Positions 27,042 through 37,121 of a DNA stretch of 45,490 nucleotides are shown here, piece after piece (position 1 is the stretch's first letter; every line of letters begins with the position of its first letter). The stretch is from positions 1 to 45,490 of the IMG/VR virus record IMGVR_UViG_3300025282_000066; one strand, 5' to 3'. Origin of the DNA: a virus. Lineage: Duplodnaviria > Caudoviricetes. Below the pieces are notes generated by a model. It was given only the letters and a program-made list of their open reading frames with translations. It searched no databases and was not told where the DNA came from. The position numbers and the translations under genes were made by a program.

Positions 27042-27115
27042 GGCTCCGTAGCCCAATCGGCAGAGGCAGTGGACTTAAAATCCATCAAGTGTGGGTTCGA
27101 GTCCCACCGGAGCTA
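27042..27115 (+). tRNA. tRNA-Leu(UAA), short variable arm
   Basis: GGCTCCG/CGGAGCT acceptor; GTGGA-CTTAAAA-TCCAT anticodon arm; TTCGAGT T-loop. Confidence 0.9.
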
Positions 27116-27116
27116 T

Positions 27117-27189
27117 GGGCTGGTAGCTCAGTGGTTAGAGCACACGACTCATAATCGTCTGGTCGTTGGTTCGAATCCAACCCAGCCTA
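27117..27189 (+). tRNA. tRNA with CAU anticodon, probably Ile2 (lysidine) rather than Met
   Basis: Cloverleaf; CGACTCATAATCG anticodon arm as in bacterial ileX-type tRNAs. Confidence 0.88.
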
Positions 27190-27212
27190 TTAAAATTAAC
27201 TAAGGAAAACAA

Positions 27213-27380
27213 ATGAACTCGAAGACTAAAAAAGAAGACTATACTCATAAAGAGTTGGTCAAGATAATTGAGAACTTTGCTTATGCCTGTAACTGGGATA
27301 CAGCTGATTACGATATGGCTGAGCATCTAGGTGAGAAGTATTTCCCAATCTTTGTTGGAGATGATGATGAAAGTATTTAG
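27213..27380 (+). CDS. Hypothetical protein (55 aa)
   Basis: TAAGGA RBS; below the track length cutoff. Confidence 0.6.
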   Translation: MNSKTKKEDYTHKELVKIIENFAYACNWDTADYDMAEHLGEKYFPIFVGDDDESI

Positions 27381-27606
27381 AATTGAAGTTGATGTGACCA
27401 GTACCGCTTGGGAATCTGCTGAAGCTTTTGTCGAGGCAGAGAATTTAAAAGAGGCTATTAAGCTATTCAAAGATAACCCTTATGATTATGACTGGGATAA
27501 CTGGAATACACACGATAGCGAGATGCAACACTGGGAAGTCGATGAAGAACAGTGTAATGAAGATGAGTACAAGACAGCACGACTGGAGAAAACAGATGTT
27601 GAATGA
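27367..27606 (+). CDS. Acidic hypothetical protein
   Basis: GGAG RBS before an ATG run; in track ORF 27331..27606. Confidence 0.7.
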   Translation: MKVFRIEVDVTSTAWESAEAFVEAENLKEAIKLFKDNPYDYDWDNWNTHDSEMQHWEVDEEQCNEDEYKTARLEKTDVE

Positions 27607-27865
27607 ATTCGAAGATATTATACGAGATAAGATTATAAATACAAAGGCTTGGTATGTTCTGAAGTATGATCTTGTTGCAGAGGAACGCCATCTCGAAGAG
27701 GCCCTCGAAGCAGTGATCGATCAAGTGGTTGATAATGTATACTGTGATCTCGATACTATGATTGAGGATTACATGAATAAAATTGGTGGTATACAAGCCG
27801 CTGAACTAATGCGTGAGTATGTGATTGAAAGTAAGGAATCAGAAGAGGAGGATGATGATGGGTAG
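27596..27865 (+). CDS. Acidic hypothetical protein
   Basis: GGAG RBS before ATG 27596; 3' part of track ORF 27482..27865. Confidence 0.7.
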   Translation: MLNEFEDIIRDKIINTKAWYVLKYDLVAEERHLEEALEAVIDQVVDNVYCDLDTMIEDYMNKIGGIQAAELMREYVIESKESEEEDDDG

Positions 27866-28130
27866 AGTTAAATCATTAATGTTACTTGAAGGTGGAGATG
27901 ATATTGTATGGAAAAGGGGTGGACAAACCTACGAAGGTACTGTAGAATACCTTCAGACCGACTCTCATTCCGGAACAGGAGAATCTTATGTTGTCTCTAG
28001 GATGGACGGAGAAGTTCTAAAAGAGTACACCGTATACCCATCAGAGATAAGGTTTGATAAGTTGATTCAATTTCGCAGAAGCATGGACAGATTAGAAACC
28101 CTAATGTCTTCGGAGGATTTAAATGATTAA
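27858..28130 (+). CDS. Hypothetical protein (possibly SH3-like beta fold)
   Basis: GGAGGA RBS; GDDIVWKRGGQTYEGTVE pattern. Confidence 0.65.
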   Translation: MGRVKSLMLLEGGDDIVWKRGGQTYEGTVEYLQTDSHSGTGESYVVSRMDGEVLKEYTVYPSEIRFDKLIQFRRSMDRLETLMSSEDLND

Positions 28131-28506
28131 AAGATTTATGTTAGTTATGATGTCTTTGTTAGCTGGTTGTAGTACCACAAGTTGGTTTAAGACTGCCGTG
28201 CCAACAGACATGCCCGCTGCCATCAATAGTTCGTCAGGCTGTAGCCCCATGCTCGGCTGGCTTGGTGGCATATGTATTCTAGGTGGTATGGTTCTCCTAG
28301 TAATTACAAGAGGTTCCATGGGCTGGAGACCAGTCATTGGTGGCCTAATCTTTATTGGAATTAACTATGCATTATATATGTATGGTAATTGGTTCTTTCT
28401 ACCCGTCGCTATTGCAACTGGTGCGATCAGTTTAGCATGGAGTGGTAAGATTGTTTGGAAGATCGTTAACGATAATGATCTCAAGCTTAAGGAGCTTAAG
28501 TTATGA
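28123..28506 (+). CDS. Membrane lipoprotein-like protein
   Basis: Lipobox LAGC at residues 14-17, followed by three hydrophobic segments. Confidence 0.7.
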   Translation: MIKRFMLVMMSLLAGCSTTSWFKTAVPTDMPAAINSSSGCSPMLGWLGGICILGGMVLLVITRGSMGWRPVIGGLIFIGINYALYMYGNWFFLPVAIATGAISLAWSGKIVWKIVNDNDLKLKELKL

Positions 28507-28619
28507 TGAGTTCAATTCTTGGTACTGTTTTCTTTAGCATCGTCATCTTTGTGGCTGGTGCATTTATTGGTCGCCCTCTCTTTGGTTGGGTAACCAAGTG
28601 GCTTCCTTGGAATAAGTGA
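28503..28619 (+). CDS. Small membrane protein (38 aa)
   Basis: AAGGAG RBS; ATGA overlap; MMSSILGTVFFSIVIFVAGAFIGRPLFGW... Confidence 0.6.
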   Translation: MMSSILGTVFFSIVIFVAGAFIGRPLFGWVTKWLPWNK

Positions 28620-28627
28620 GGATGTAA

Positions 28628-30370
28628 ATGTCAAAGGTAATATCCAGAAGCAGGTGTCCCAAATGTGCCTTAGCTGGCAACGACACCGCTGGTGATAATC
28701 TTGCTATCTATGAAGATGGCGGTAAGTATTGTTTTGCTTGTAATTATGTACAAAAAGGATCTAATAATTTGAGTAATAAAACAGAAGAAGAAGCCTATGT
28801 TCCTCCTCCGAAGACAAAGAGTCCTAATGGTCTTAGGTTTCTTAAAGGAAACATTACAGCTATTCCAGAACGAAGAATCAATGAGGACACCTGTCGTAAG
28901 TATGGCTATGAAACCTTAGTCAGTAATGGCAAGCGTGTAGAGATTGCTTCGTTCTCTAGGGATGGAACAGTAGTAGGACAGAAACTACGGGGTCCTAACA
29001 AGACCTTCCAATGGAGAGGACAAACTATCAACACTCCTTTATGGGGTCAAGAATTATTCAAGGCCAAGGGTGGTCGTATGATCACAATTACTGAAGGTGA
29101 GATAGACTGCTTGTCTGTGTCCCAACTTCTGAATAACAGATGGCCTGTAGTTTCTTTACCTAATGGTGCCGCCGGTGCTGCCAGAGCAATCAAGGATAAC
29201 CTTGAGTTTGTTTCTTCCTATGATGAGATCATCCTGATGTTTGATCAAGATCAATCTGGTCGTGATGCAGTTCAAGCAGTAGCCCAGCTATTACCTCCCG
29301 GTAAATGTAAAATAGCCAAGCTACCTTACAAGGATGCTAACGAATGCCTCGTGAAGGGTCAGGGGAAAGCTGTAGTAGCTGCTATCTGGGAAGCCCAGCA
29401 CTACAGTCCAGATGAGATTGTTCATGTATCTCAGATCATTGCTGATCCAAACATGGAACACACTAGAGTATACCCCTTTCCGTTCGACAATTTGTCTGAG
29501 TTCTTACTTGGTCAGCGGAGTGGTGAAATTACTCTTTGGGCTAGCGGTACTGGGAGTGGGAAGTCTACTATCCTTCGTGAGCTCATGCATCACCACCTGA
29601 TAGAGGGTCGTAGTGTAGGTGCGATCATGCTTGAAGAGTCTCCTCAAGAGACTGTTGATGATATGGTCTCTTTGATCTTGAGTAAACCTGTTAGAGCCAT
29701 TCGAGCCAAGAAGCTTATGAATGAACTTAGAGAGAAGCTTGGTAAACCTAGTATTGAAGTTGATATAATTAATGATCTAACTGATGAGGAATATGCTGAA
29801 GCAAGGAGAATGCTTGAGACCACCAGTCTCTATGTGTACGATCATCTTGGTCATTCTGCTTTGGATAATCTTTGTGCAAGAATGGAATTCATGGCAGTAT
29901 CCTTAGGAGTTGATGTCATCGTTCTTGATCACATCACTGCTGCTGCTGCTGGTTTATTGAATACTTCCTCGGACTATGATAATTCTAATTCCGAGAGACT
30001 GTTGATTGATAATATCATGAAGGAACTAAGAGCACTGGTCAGTAGAACAGGTGTTAGAATTGATGTGGTATCCCAACTCAAGAAGACAATTAAGTCTTAC
30101 GAAGAAGGGGATCGTGTTACACTACAAGACCTTAGGGGCTCTGGTTCTTTAGCCTCTGTACCTAATGTTGTTGTTGCTCTTGAACGAGACAGGCAGAATC
30201 CAGATCCTGTGATTGCTAACACTACGACAGTTAGAGTTCTAAAGAACAGACTAACAGGTAGGGCTGGTGTTGCTACATGTTTATTCTATGATCGTTGTAG
30301 TGGTAGACTTAAGGAACTTGACTTTGCAATTGCTGACGATGGTAGAGTTATTACTGATCCAGAAACATGA
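28628..30370 (+). CDS. DNA primase/helicase (T7 gp4-like)
   Basis: Zn finger CPKC...CFAC, TOPRIM TEGEIDCL and MFDQD, Walker A GTGSGKST, VLDHI, LRGSG, KNRLTG. Confidence 0.97.
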   Translation: MSKVISRSRCPKCALAGNDTAGDNLAIYEDGGKYCFACNYVQKGSNNLSNKTEEEAYVPPPKTKSPNGLRFLKGNITAIPERRINEDTCRKYGYETLVSNGKRVEIASFSRDGTVVGQKLRGPNKTFQWRGQTINTPLWGQELFKAKGGRMITITEGEIDCLSVSQLLNNRWPVVSLPNGAAGAARAIKDNLEFVSSYDEIILMFDQDQSGRDAVQAVAQLLPPGKCKIAKLPYKDANECLVKGQGKAVVAAIWEAQHYSPDEIVHVSQIIADPNMEHTRVYPFPFDNLSEFLLGQRSGEITLWASGTGSGKSTILRELMHHHLIEGRSVGAIMLEESPQETVDDMVSLILSKPVRAIRAKKLMNELREKLGKPSIEVDIINDLTDEEYAEARRMLETTSLYVYDHLGHSALDNLCARMEFMAVSLGVDVIVLDHITAAAAGLLNTSSDYDNSNSERLLIDNIMKELRALVSRTGVRIDVVSQLKKTIKSYEEGDRVTLQDLRGSGSLASVPNVVVALERDRQNPDPVIANTTTVRVLKNRLTGRAGVATCLFYDRCSGRLKELDFAIADDGRVITDPET

Positions 30371-31020
30371 TTGTAGTATCAGGTATGCCCCGAAGTGGGT
30401 CAAGTCTAATGATGCAAACCCTAAAGCATCTTGGAGTTCCCCTTATTGGTGAAGACAGTTATAACTTTGAGGGTAATAGTTATCTCCACAGTCAAGATAT
30501 TTCTGATGAAGATCAAGAAAGGATAACAAAACACAATCCTTGGGGTTATTATGATATTCCTTTTGAAGAACACCGTAACTATACACATAATCCCCATAAC
30601 GGGGAGGCTATAAAAATTCTAGGCCCTGTGTTGATTTCCTTTATACCTAATGAAAACATAGAACGTGTGTTATTATGTGAGCGTAGAGATAAGGATGCCC
30701 AAGCAACAAGCTATGAAAATCTAGCAAAACTAGATGTAGAAGTTATGGATAAAGAGATCAGTGATGGACGCATGGATCCTTCGAGTGTGCGAGCAAGGTC
30801 TATAGAAATATACAGAACTATGAACTTCAAAGATTATAGGAGGTTAGTTAATTTTGGTCAACTATCTATCCAACGGTGGTGGCGAGACCGCAATATTAAG
30901 TTCATGACTTGTTTTTATGAGGACATGCTCGAAACTTCCGAGTTGAGTATCAGAGAAATACAAAATTTCTTAGGTCTACAAGGACCAAGAGATAAAGCGA
31001 TAGAAAATATAAGGAAATAA
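30367..31020 (+). CDS. Sulfotransferase-family protein
   Basis: N-terminal VSGMPRSGSSLM PAPS-binding loop; NPWGYYD; C-terminal FYEDMLE...IQNFLG. Confidence 0.75.
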   Translation: MIVVSGMPRSGSSLMMQTLKHLGVPLIGEDSYNFEGNSYLHSQDISDEDQERITKHNPWGYYDIPFEEHRNYTHNPHNGEAIKILGPVLISFIPNENIERVLLCERRDKDAQATSYENLAKLDVEVMDKEISDGRMDPSSVRARSIEIYRTMNFKDYRRLVNFGQLSIQRWWRDRNIKFMTCFYEDMLETSELSIREIQNFLGLQGPRDKAIENIRK

Positions 31021-31023
31021 AAG

Positions 31024-32715
31024 ATGAGACTAGCTTTCGACATCGAGGCTAACGGCCTGAGCGAAGTCACAATCGAAAAGAAAGGTGTACCTACACCCGA
31101 AGGTGATGATATCTTTTGCTTGTGTATACAAGACGTAGACACAGGTGAAAAACATACATTCTTAAGAGACGAAATAGAAACAGGAGTTGAATTACTAAGG
31201 GAAGCTGACTTAATTATTGGTCATAGTATTATCATGTATGATATTCCCATGCTTGAAAGATACTATGGTCCTATTAAGACAAAAACATTCGATACTTTGA
31301 TTGTATCTAGATTAATGTACCCCGATAGACAAGACCACCCACTTGGTTCCAACAGCCTCAAAGCTTGGGGTGAATATCTTAACTGCCCTAAGCAAGAGTT
31401 TCATGATTTCTCTGAACTATCAGAAAAGATGGTGGAATACTGCGTTCAAGATGTAGAAGTAACTACAAAAGTGTTTCATGAAGAGCAGGAATATTTCAAA
31501 CGGTTCCCCAAGTCTGTAAAGTTGGAGCATAAAGTTGCTAGAATTATATCAGATCAAATCGTTAATGGTTTTGGGTTTGATATGACACGAGCTGAAGAAT
31601 TCGAAGGCGATCTTCTTATGGAAAAAGTAGGTATCGAAGACGAGTTAGGACAGATCTTTCTTCCTTATATAGATGAGAGATATTCTGATAAGACTGGTAA
31701 ACGATTAAAGGATAAGATTACAATATTTAATCCTAGTTCCCGCAAACAAATTGCCGAGAGATTACATACTAAGTATGGATGGAATCCTCCCAAGACTGAG
31801 AAGGGTAATCCTAAGTTAGATGAAGCCGTTCTTAAGAAGCTACCTTATTATGAGGCCAAGAAACTAGTAAAATACTTTACTATTACCAAGCTCCTCAGTC
31901 AAGTAGAAGACTGGATAAGCCGAGCTAATGTGTCTCGTGATGGAAGGGTACATGGTAGTGTCAACACTCAAGGTACCGTCACAGGACGCATGACAGCCTC
32001 TCAGCCCAACCTACAACAGGTTTCCAGTAACTCCAGAGCTAGGGCCTTATTCATACCACAGAAAAGTTGGGTTCAGGTAGGAATAGATGCCTCGGGTTTG
32101 GAAGCGAGGCTACTAGCTAGTCGTATGGCTAGATGGGATAAAGGAGACTTTGCTTATCAAGTTCTTAATGAAGATATCCATGAGGTTAATCAAAAGGCTG
32201 CTGGTCTGCCCGACAGAGACTCTGCGAAGACCTTCTTCTATGCCCTAATATACGGAGCAGGTGATTTTAAGATTGGTCAGATCGTAGGAGGTGGACCAAA
32301 GAAAGGTAGAATTATCAAACAACAATACCTAGATTCAATGCCAGCTCTTAAGCAATTACTTGCTAATGTAGAGTGGCAAGTACACCGCAAGAAAACAATT
32401 ACATTATTAGATGGTCGAGAGGTACCCTGTAGAGCGGTACATAAAGCATTGAACGTACAGATACAAGGTGATGGTGCTATATTAATGAAGTTAGGTCAGG
32501 TCTTATTTAGCCGAAGCCTTAGACCGTTCAAGAATCAGGTTAAGTTTATGGCAACTGTTCATGATGAGTGGCAGTTGGAATGTGATCCCGTCATTTCTGA
32601 TATCATAGGAACTCTAGGATGTCAGGCAATCAAGAAAGCAGGTAAAATACTTGGATGCCAAATTGAAATGGACGGAGAGTTTAGAGTTGGAAACAATTGG
32701 TCGGAGTGTCATTGA
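31024..32715 (+). CDS. DNA polymerase family A with 3'-5' exonuclease (T7 gp5-like)
   Basis: FDIEANGL, YCVQDV, TVTGRM...PNLQQV, DASGLEAR, RDSAKTFFYALIYGAG, VHDEWQ. Confidence 0.97.
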   Translation: MRLAFDIEANGLSEVTIEKKGVPTPEGDDIFCLCIQDVDTGEKHTFLRDEIETGVELLREADLIIGHSIIMYDIPMLERYYGPIKTKTFDTLIVSRLMYPDRQDHPLGSNSLKAWGEYLNCPKQEFHDFSELSEKMVEYCVQDVEVTTKVFHEEQEYFKRFPKSVKLEHKVARIISDQIVNGFGFDMTRAEEFEGDLLMEKVGIEDELGQIFLPYIDERYSDKTGKRLKDKITIFNPSSRKQIAERLHTKYGWNPPKTEKGNPKLDEAVLKKLPYYEAKKLVKYFTITKLLSQVEDWISRANVSRDGRVHGSVNTQGTVTGRMTASQPNLQQVSSNSRARALFIPQKSWVQVGIDASGLEARLLASRMARWDKGDFAYQVLNEDIHEVNQKAAGLPDRDSAKTFFYALIYGAGDFKIGQIVGGGPKKGRIIKQQYLDSMPALKQLLANVEWQVHRKKTITLLDGREVPCRAVHKALNVQIQGDGAILMKLGQVLFSRSLRPFKNQVKFMATVHDEWQLECDPVISDIIGTLGCQAIKKAGKILGCQIEMDGEFRVGNNWSECH

Positions 32716-33038
32716 TGAGTTACTTAAAGATTTATATTGCAGGTCCCATGAGGGGAATCAAAGATTTTAACCACAAAGAATTTAACAGAGCTGAAGAAAG
32801 TTTAAAGTCAAAGGGAATTTATCAAGTTATAAATCCCTGTACTTCTGACGTTGATTCAGGTTTAACAGATAAAGAATTAGAAACTTCTAAAGGACTGCGA
32901 ATTGTTATGGCTAGAGACTTGACTGATGTCTGTTCTTGTGATAGCATATACATGTTGCACGGTTGGCAGAAATCCGAAGGGGCAAGAATTGAACACAATT
33001 TGGCTGTTATGTTAGATTTAATGATTATTTATCAATGA
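32715..33038 (+). CDS. DUF4406 / nucleoside 2-deoxyribosyltransferase-like protein
   Basis: IYIAGPMRG, VINP, CDSIYMLHGWQKSEGARIE. Confidence 0.8.
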   Translation: MSYLKIYIAGPMRGIKDFNHKEFNRAEESLKSKGIYQVINPCTSDVDSGLTDKELETSKGLRIVMARDLTDVCSCDSIYMLHGWQKSEGARIEHNLAVMLDLMIIYQ

Positions 33039-33574
33039 ATCCGCAACTAATCGAAACCAATATTAAGGTTATCTTCTATGGTAAGTCTAACCGGAAGGAT
33101 TGGAGAGCGAAAGTATATCGATTTCTATCCCGGCAACCGATGACACACTCTGTTGTTTGGTTCACGCAGCCAGATAAGGAATACGTGTACGTCATAAATC
33201 CAAATGGTGGGATGTATTTAGTAGAGAAATCTAAGTATGATTGGATATTAAAGCGACAGGGTATAACGATAGAAGAAACCGTAGTCGATCTTGGTTCAGC
33301 TCCTGTCAGTTTATATCAGCTCAGTTGTTTTTTAGATAGACCTGAGTTTCGTTTATCAAACACTATAGAGAACTCTTTCTGGTGGCTAGTCGGTCGATTC
33401 ATTTCAAAAACTTATACACCAATGTCGTGTTCTTTAGCTACAAGCTACTTATTAAGAATGTGTGGATTCAAGGTTGATCTTCATATAGCCCCACATCTAC
33501 TACACAAGGAGATCCGAGATGGAGTTAATAATCATTTCTGGACTAGCAAGGGTTGGCAAGACCACATTAGCTAA
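33035..33574 (+). CDS. Hypothetical protein, possibly a permuted papain-like (NlpC/P60) fold
   Basis: THSVV near the N-terminus and SCS...LLRMCG...IAPHLL near the C-terminus (His-before-Cys order). Confidence 0.55.
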   Translation: MNPQLIETNIKVIFYGKSNRKDWRAKVYRFLSRQPMTHSVVWFTQPDKEYVYVINPNGGMYLVEKSKYDWILKRQGITIEETVVDLGSAPVSLYQLSCFLDRPEFRLSNTIENSFWWLVGRFISKTYTPMSCSLATSYLLRMCGFKVDLHIAPHLLHKEIRDGVNNHFWTSKGWQDHIS

Positions 33575-34265
33575 TCTTTTGGCAAAGGAATCTTTTGAAC
33601 TCGGTCTTGTTCCTAAGTTGTTGTCGTTTGCAGATCCTCTGAAGAAAGAGGCAGAAGAAAGAGGCTACTCAAAAGAAAAAGATAATGAAGAGTATCGAAA
33701 GTTTTGTCAAGAGTTTGGGGCTATGTTTCGTAAAGTAAATCCAAATCATTGGGTAGATTTATTCGAGATAGAACTCAATATAATTTTAAAAGAAGAGAAA
33801 TTGGAGTTATATAAGAATAATCCTTATTGGGAAAGGTGTGTAATAGTAGATGATTGTAGATATCAGAACGAAGTCGGGCTCGGCTTGAAGAACAACGCTA
33901 CTATGATTTTCTTATCTTCTGGAACTAGAGAATTGTCCGAGGCAAACGCTACTTGGAGAGAACACCACTCAGAAGAATTGGCTAGAGCTATTGAAGATGG
34001 AGATGAAGAGAAGATCCAATGGTATGATTGTCATTTATTAAATGATGGTGATGTAAAGGGCTTGTCAATAAAGGCAAGAGCCATGGCTCCTATTTGGTGT
34101 GGTATCCAAGCCAATGCTCTAACTACAAACCTAGAAGACCTCAGTAATTCGGGTTCATTAGAGGGAATGGATAACATGCTTAATGATTTAATTGACATCT
34201 TATTAAAGGAGTTTGAGGATGGAGAAGAAGATGATGATCCCGTGCCCGACGATGGCTGTGATTGA
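33519..34265 (+). CDS. Deoxynucleoside monophosphate kinase
   Basis: ISGLARVGKTT P-loop, SFADPLK, RKFCQEFG, IVDDCRYQNE, HHSE. Confidence 0.85.
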   Translation: MELIIISGLARVGKTTLANLLAKESFELGLVPKLLSFADPLKKEAEERGYSKEKDNEEYRKFCQEFGAMFRKVNPNHWVDLFEIELNIILKEEKLELYKNNPYWERCVIVDDCRYQNEVGLGLKNNATMIFLSSGTRELSEANATWREHHSEELARAIEDGDEEKIQWYDCHLLNDGDVKGLSIKARAMAPIWCGIQANALTTNLEDLSNSGSLEGMDNMLNDLIDILLKEFEDGEEDDDPVPDDGCD

Positions 34266-34980
34266 TGGAGATATCATTGCATATAAAGTTGCCTTTAGAG
34301 CTGAGGTAGATGATCCCGCCTTTATTCCTCAAATGGTTGAAGAATATCTTGAAAGCTGGCTTCCAGATGAAGCAGAAGATTTTAGAATTGCTCTATCTTG
34401 TAGCCGTAAGGATAACTACAGGCGAAATATCTGGCCTCTCTATAAAATGAATAGAGATACTCAGGATACACCGGAATATTTAAAAGAAATTAAAGATTAT
34501 ATACAGGACATATACCCAATTGATTACGTCGATAGACTAGAGGCTGATGATTTACTAGGAATAGCAGCTTCCAGCGGCACTGGGATTGCCGTTACAATTG
34601 ATAAAGATTTACGAGGGGTGTCAGGATGGCATTATAATCCTGATAAAGAAGAGAAGTCTGTATATATCAGCCCGGAAGAAGCAGAACTCTTTTTCTTAGT
34701 TCAGTGGATGACAGGAGATAGTACAGATAATATCCCCGGACTGTGGCGAATAGGCCCCAAACGTGCTCGATCTCTCATGAAAAAGTGGGAAGGTGAGGAC
34801 ATTTATCAGAATATTATTGATATGTATCACGAAGAGAAGTACATACCAAAGAAAACGTGTGATTTAGAAGGCGACGATCTTGCTTTTGCCATGGCAAGGT
34901 GCGTTAAGATACTAGAAAATGGTGATTATGATAGTTCCACGGACAAAATTAACCTTTGGGTCCCTAAAGTTGGAGTATAA
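34231..34980 (+). CDS. 5'-3' exonuclease (T7 gp6-like)
   Basis: IDGDIIAY, YKMNR, LEADDLLG, IDKDL, GDSTDNIPGLWRIGPKRA. Start approximate. Confidence 0.92.
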   Translation: MMIPCPTMAVIDGDIIAYKVAFRAEVDDPAFIPQMVEEYLESWLPDEAEDFRIALSCSRKDNYRRNIWPLYKMNRDTQDTPEYLKEIKDYIQDIYPIDYVDRLEADDLLGIAASSGTGIAVTIDKDLRGVSGWHYNPDKEEKSVYISPEEAELFFLVQWMTGDSTDNIPGLWRIGPKRARSLMKKWEGEDIYQNIIDMYHEEKYIPKKTCDLEGDDLAFAMARCVKILENGDYDSSTDKINLWVPKVGV

Positions 34981-34987
34981 AGAACAA

Positions 34988-36895
34988 ATGGATAACTTTC
35001 AGCAGTTTATAGCAAAATCTAAGTACTGTCGTTGGGATGATGAGCTTGGTAGACGAGAAACTTGGGAAGAATGTGTCGATAGATACTATGATTATATTCT
35101 TTCTCGCTTCCCTGTCTTTTCTGGGTTCCCTGATATTGAAGATGCCCGTATGGCTACCAAAAATCTAGAGGTTTTCCCCAGTATGAGGGCATTGATGACC
35201 GCTGGACCTGCCGCAGATGTAGACGATACATGTATGTACAACTGCTCTTATGTGGCTGTGAATGACCCCAAGGTTTTCTCTGAAATTATGTATATCCTGT
35301 GCTGTGGTACGGGTGTGGGTTTTTCTTGTGAGTCTAAGTATATTGAGCAGTTACCTGTGGTTCCTGAAGAGATTGAACGAACACACGATGATGTTCTAGT
35401 TGTAGAGGATTCTCGCAAAGGCTGGGCTGAAGCCTATAGTAGTTTACTGAAGTATCTTTACCAAGGTATTCACCCTACTTGGGAGACTCATCTGATTCGA
35501 CCTGCCGGTGCTAGACTCAAGACCTTTGGAGGAAGAGCCTCTGGTCCCGAGCCTCTAGAGAAACTATTTAGATATACAGTTAATAAGTTCATGGGAGCTC
35601 AAGGTAGACACCTTAAGCCCATTGAGGTTCATGATATTGTATGCATGATTGGGGAGATTGTTATTGCTGGGGCCGTTCGTAGGTCCGCATTGATTTCCTT
35701 ATCCGATCTTTATGACAGAGACATGGCTACTGCTAAGTCTGGTCCTTGGTGGGAGACATCAGGACATAGAAGACTGAGCAATAACTCAGCAGTGTATACA
35801 ACTAAGCCGGGAATGTCTGAATTTCTAGATGAGTGGGTTGCTATGTATACCTCTCGATCTGGAGAACGGGGCATCTGTAATCGTGAAGCTCTTGCTATGC
35901 TTGCTGAAAAAGCAAACAGAAAACCCTGTGATGATTGGGGAACCAATCCATGCAGTGAAATCATTCTTCGCCCAAGACAATTCTGTAATTTAACAGAGGT
36001 TGTTATTAGAGAAGATGATGATTATGAAAGCTTAAAGAAGAAGGTAAGATTGGCTACCATACTAGGTACAATTCAATCTGCCTGTACAAAGTTCCCTTAT
36101 CTGGGAGAGGAATGGAAAACAAACTGTGAAGAAGAAAGATTGCTTGGTGTATCTTTTACAGGGATATATGACAGCAAGCTTATGTCTGGTCAACTTGGTA
36201 TGCCCAAGCTTCGTTGGACTCTTAAGAAGCTTAAGGAATATACGCAAGATGTAAACCTACACTTCTCTGAGTTACTGAACATAAACCCAAGTGCTTCTAT
36301 CACATGTTGTAAACCAAGTGGAACAACAAGCTGTGTTGCAGGCACAAGCTCCGGTATGCATCCAAGATATGCCAACCAATACTTGCGTCGAGTTAGGATT
36401 GATACCAAGGATCCTATTTGTCAGTTTATGATTGACAGTGGGATGCCACATGAGCCTTGTGTTTCTCAACCAGACAAAACCATGGTCTTTAGTTTTCCAC
36501 TACAGTCTCCAAAGGGATGCATAACTCAAGATGAATTAGATCCTGTGACTCACCTTGAACTGTGGCTGGAATATCAAAAGACTTGGTGTGACCACAAGCC
36601 CAGTATTACTATATCTTATTCTGATATAAACTTCTTAGAGGTAGGTAGCTGGGTATGGAATAATTGGAAGTATGTAAGCGGGGTGTCCTTCCTGCCGAAG
36701 GATAATAATGTTTACGATCAGGCTCCCTTTGAAGCAATTACAGAAACTGAATATAATATATTGACTGAAAAGATGCCACAAGATATAATATGGTCAAAGC
36801 TTTCTTCTTATGAAAAAGAAGACTCGACTACTAATTCTCAAGAACTTGCATGCCATGGGGATGCTTGTGAAGTTGTTGATTTAACGGAGGTTTAA
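34988..36895 (+). CDS. nrdJ: Class II (adenosylcobalamin-dependent) ribonucleotide reductase
   Basis: RRETWEE, PSMRAL, YNCSY, GTGVGFS, RRSALI, TNPCSEI, CNLTEV, KPSGT, C-terminal CHGDAC. Start set to ATG 34988. Confidence 0.93.
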   Translation: MDNFQQFIAKSKYCRWDDELGRRETWEECVDRYYDYILSRFPVFSGFPDIEDARMATKNLEVFPSMRALMTAGPAADVDDTCMYNCSYVAVNDPKVFSEIMYILCCGTGVGFSCESKYIEQLPVVPEEIERTHDDVLVVEDSRKGWAEAYSSLLKYLYQGIHPTWETHLIRPAGARLKTFGGRASGPEPLEKLFRYTVNKFMGAQGRHLKPIEVHDIVCMIGEIVIAGAVRRSALISLSDLYDRDMATAKSGPWWETSGHRRLSNNSAVYTTKPGMSEFLDEWVAMYTSRSGERGICNREALAMLAEKANRKPCDDWGTNPCSEIILRPRQFCNLTEVVIREDDDYESLKKKVRLATILGTIQSACTKFPYLGEEWKTNCEEERLLGVSFTGIYDSKLMSGQLGMPKLRWTLKKLKEYTQDVNLHFSELLNINPSASITCCKPSGTTSCVAGTSSGMHPRYANQYLRRVRIDTKDPICQFMIDSGMPHEPCVSQPDKTMVFSFPLQSPKGCITQDELDPVTHLELWLEYQKTWCDHKPSITISYSDINFLEVGSWVWNNWKYVSGVSFLPKDNNVYDQAPFEAITETEYNILTEKMPQDIIWSKLSSYEKEDSTTNSQELACHGDACEVVDLTEV

Positions 36896-36896
36896 A

Positions 36897-37121
36897 ATGA
36901 GCCAACATAGTTTACAAACAATTCAACGAAAGATTTCAATGAATGCTTCTGTTACTCCTGCTGAAATGTTATTATTAATGCGGGATGTAATATTAAAGTT
37001 GAAGCTTATAGAGGAGAAATTACGTGGACTGGAAGAGACTTCCCAAACTAGACGAACTTCTAGTACAGTATCTAAGAGAAAAATATCCTCCAGTAAAGTA
37101 TCAAGAGACGATGACGAATGA
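36897..37121 (+). CDS. Hypothetical protein
   Basis: GGAGG RBS. The 3' end overlaps the next gene. Confidence 0.6.
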   Translation: MSQHSLQTIQRKISMNASVTPAEMLLLMRDVILKLKLIEEKLRGLEETSQTRRTSSTVSKRKISSSKVSRDDDE

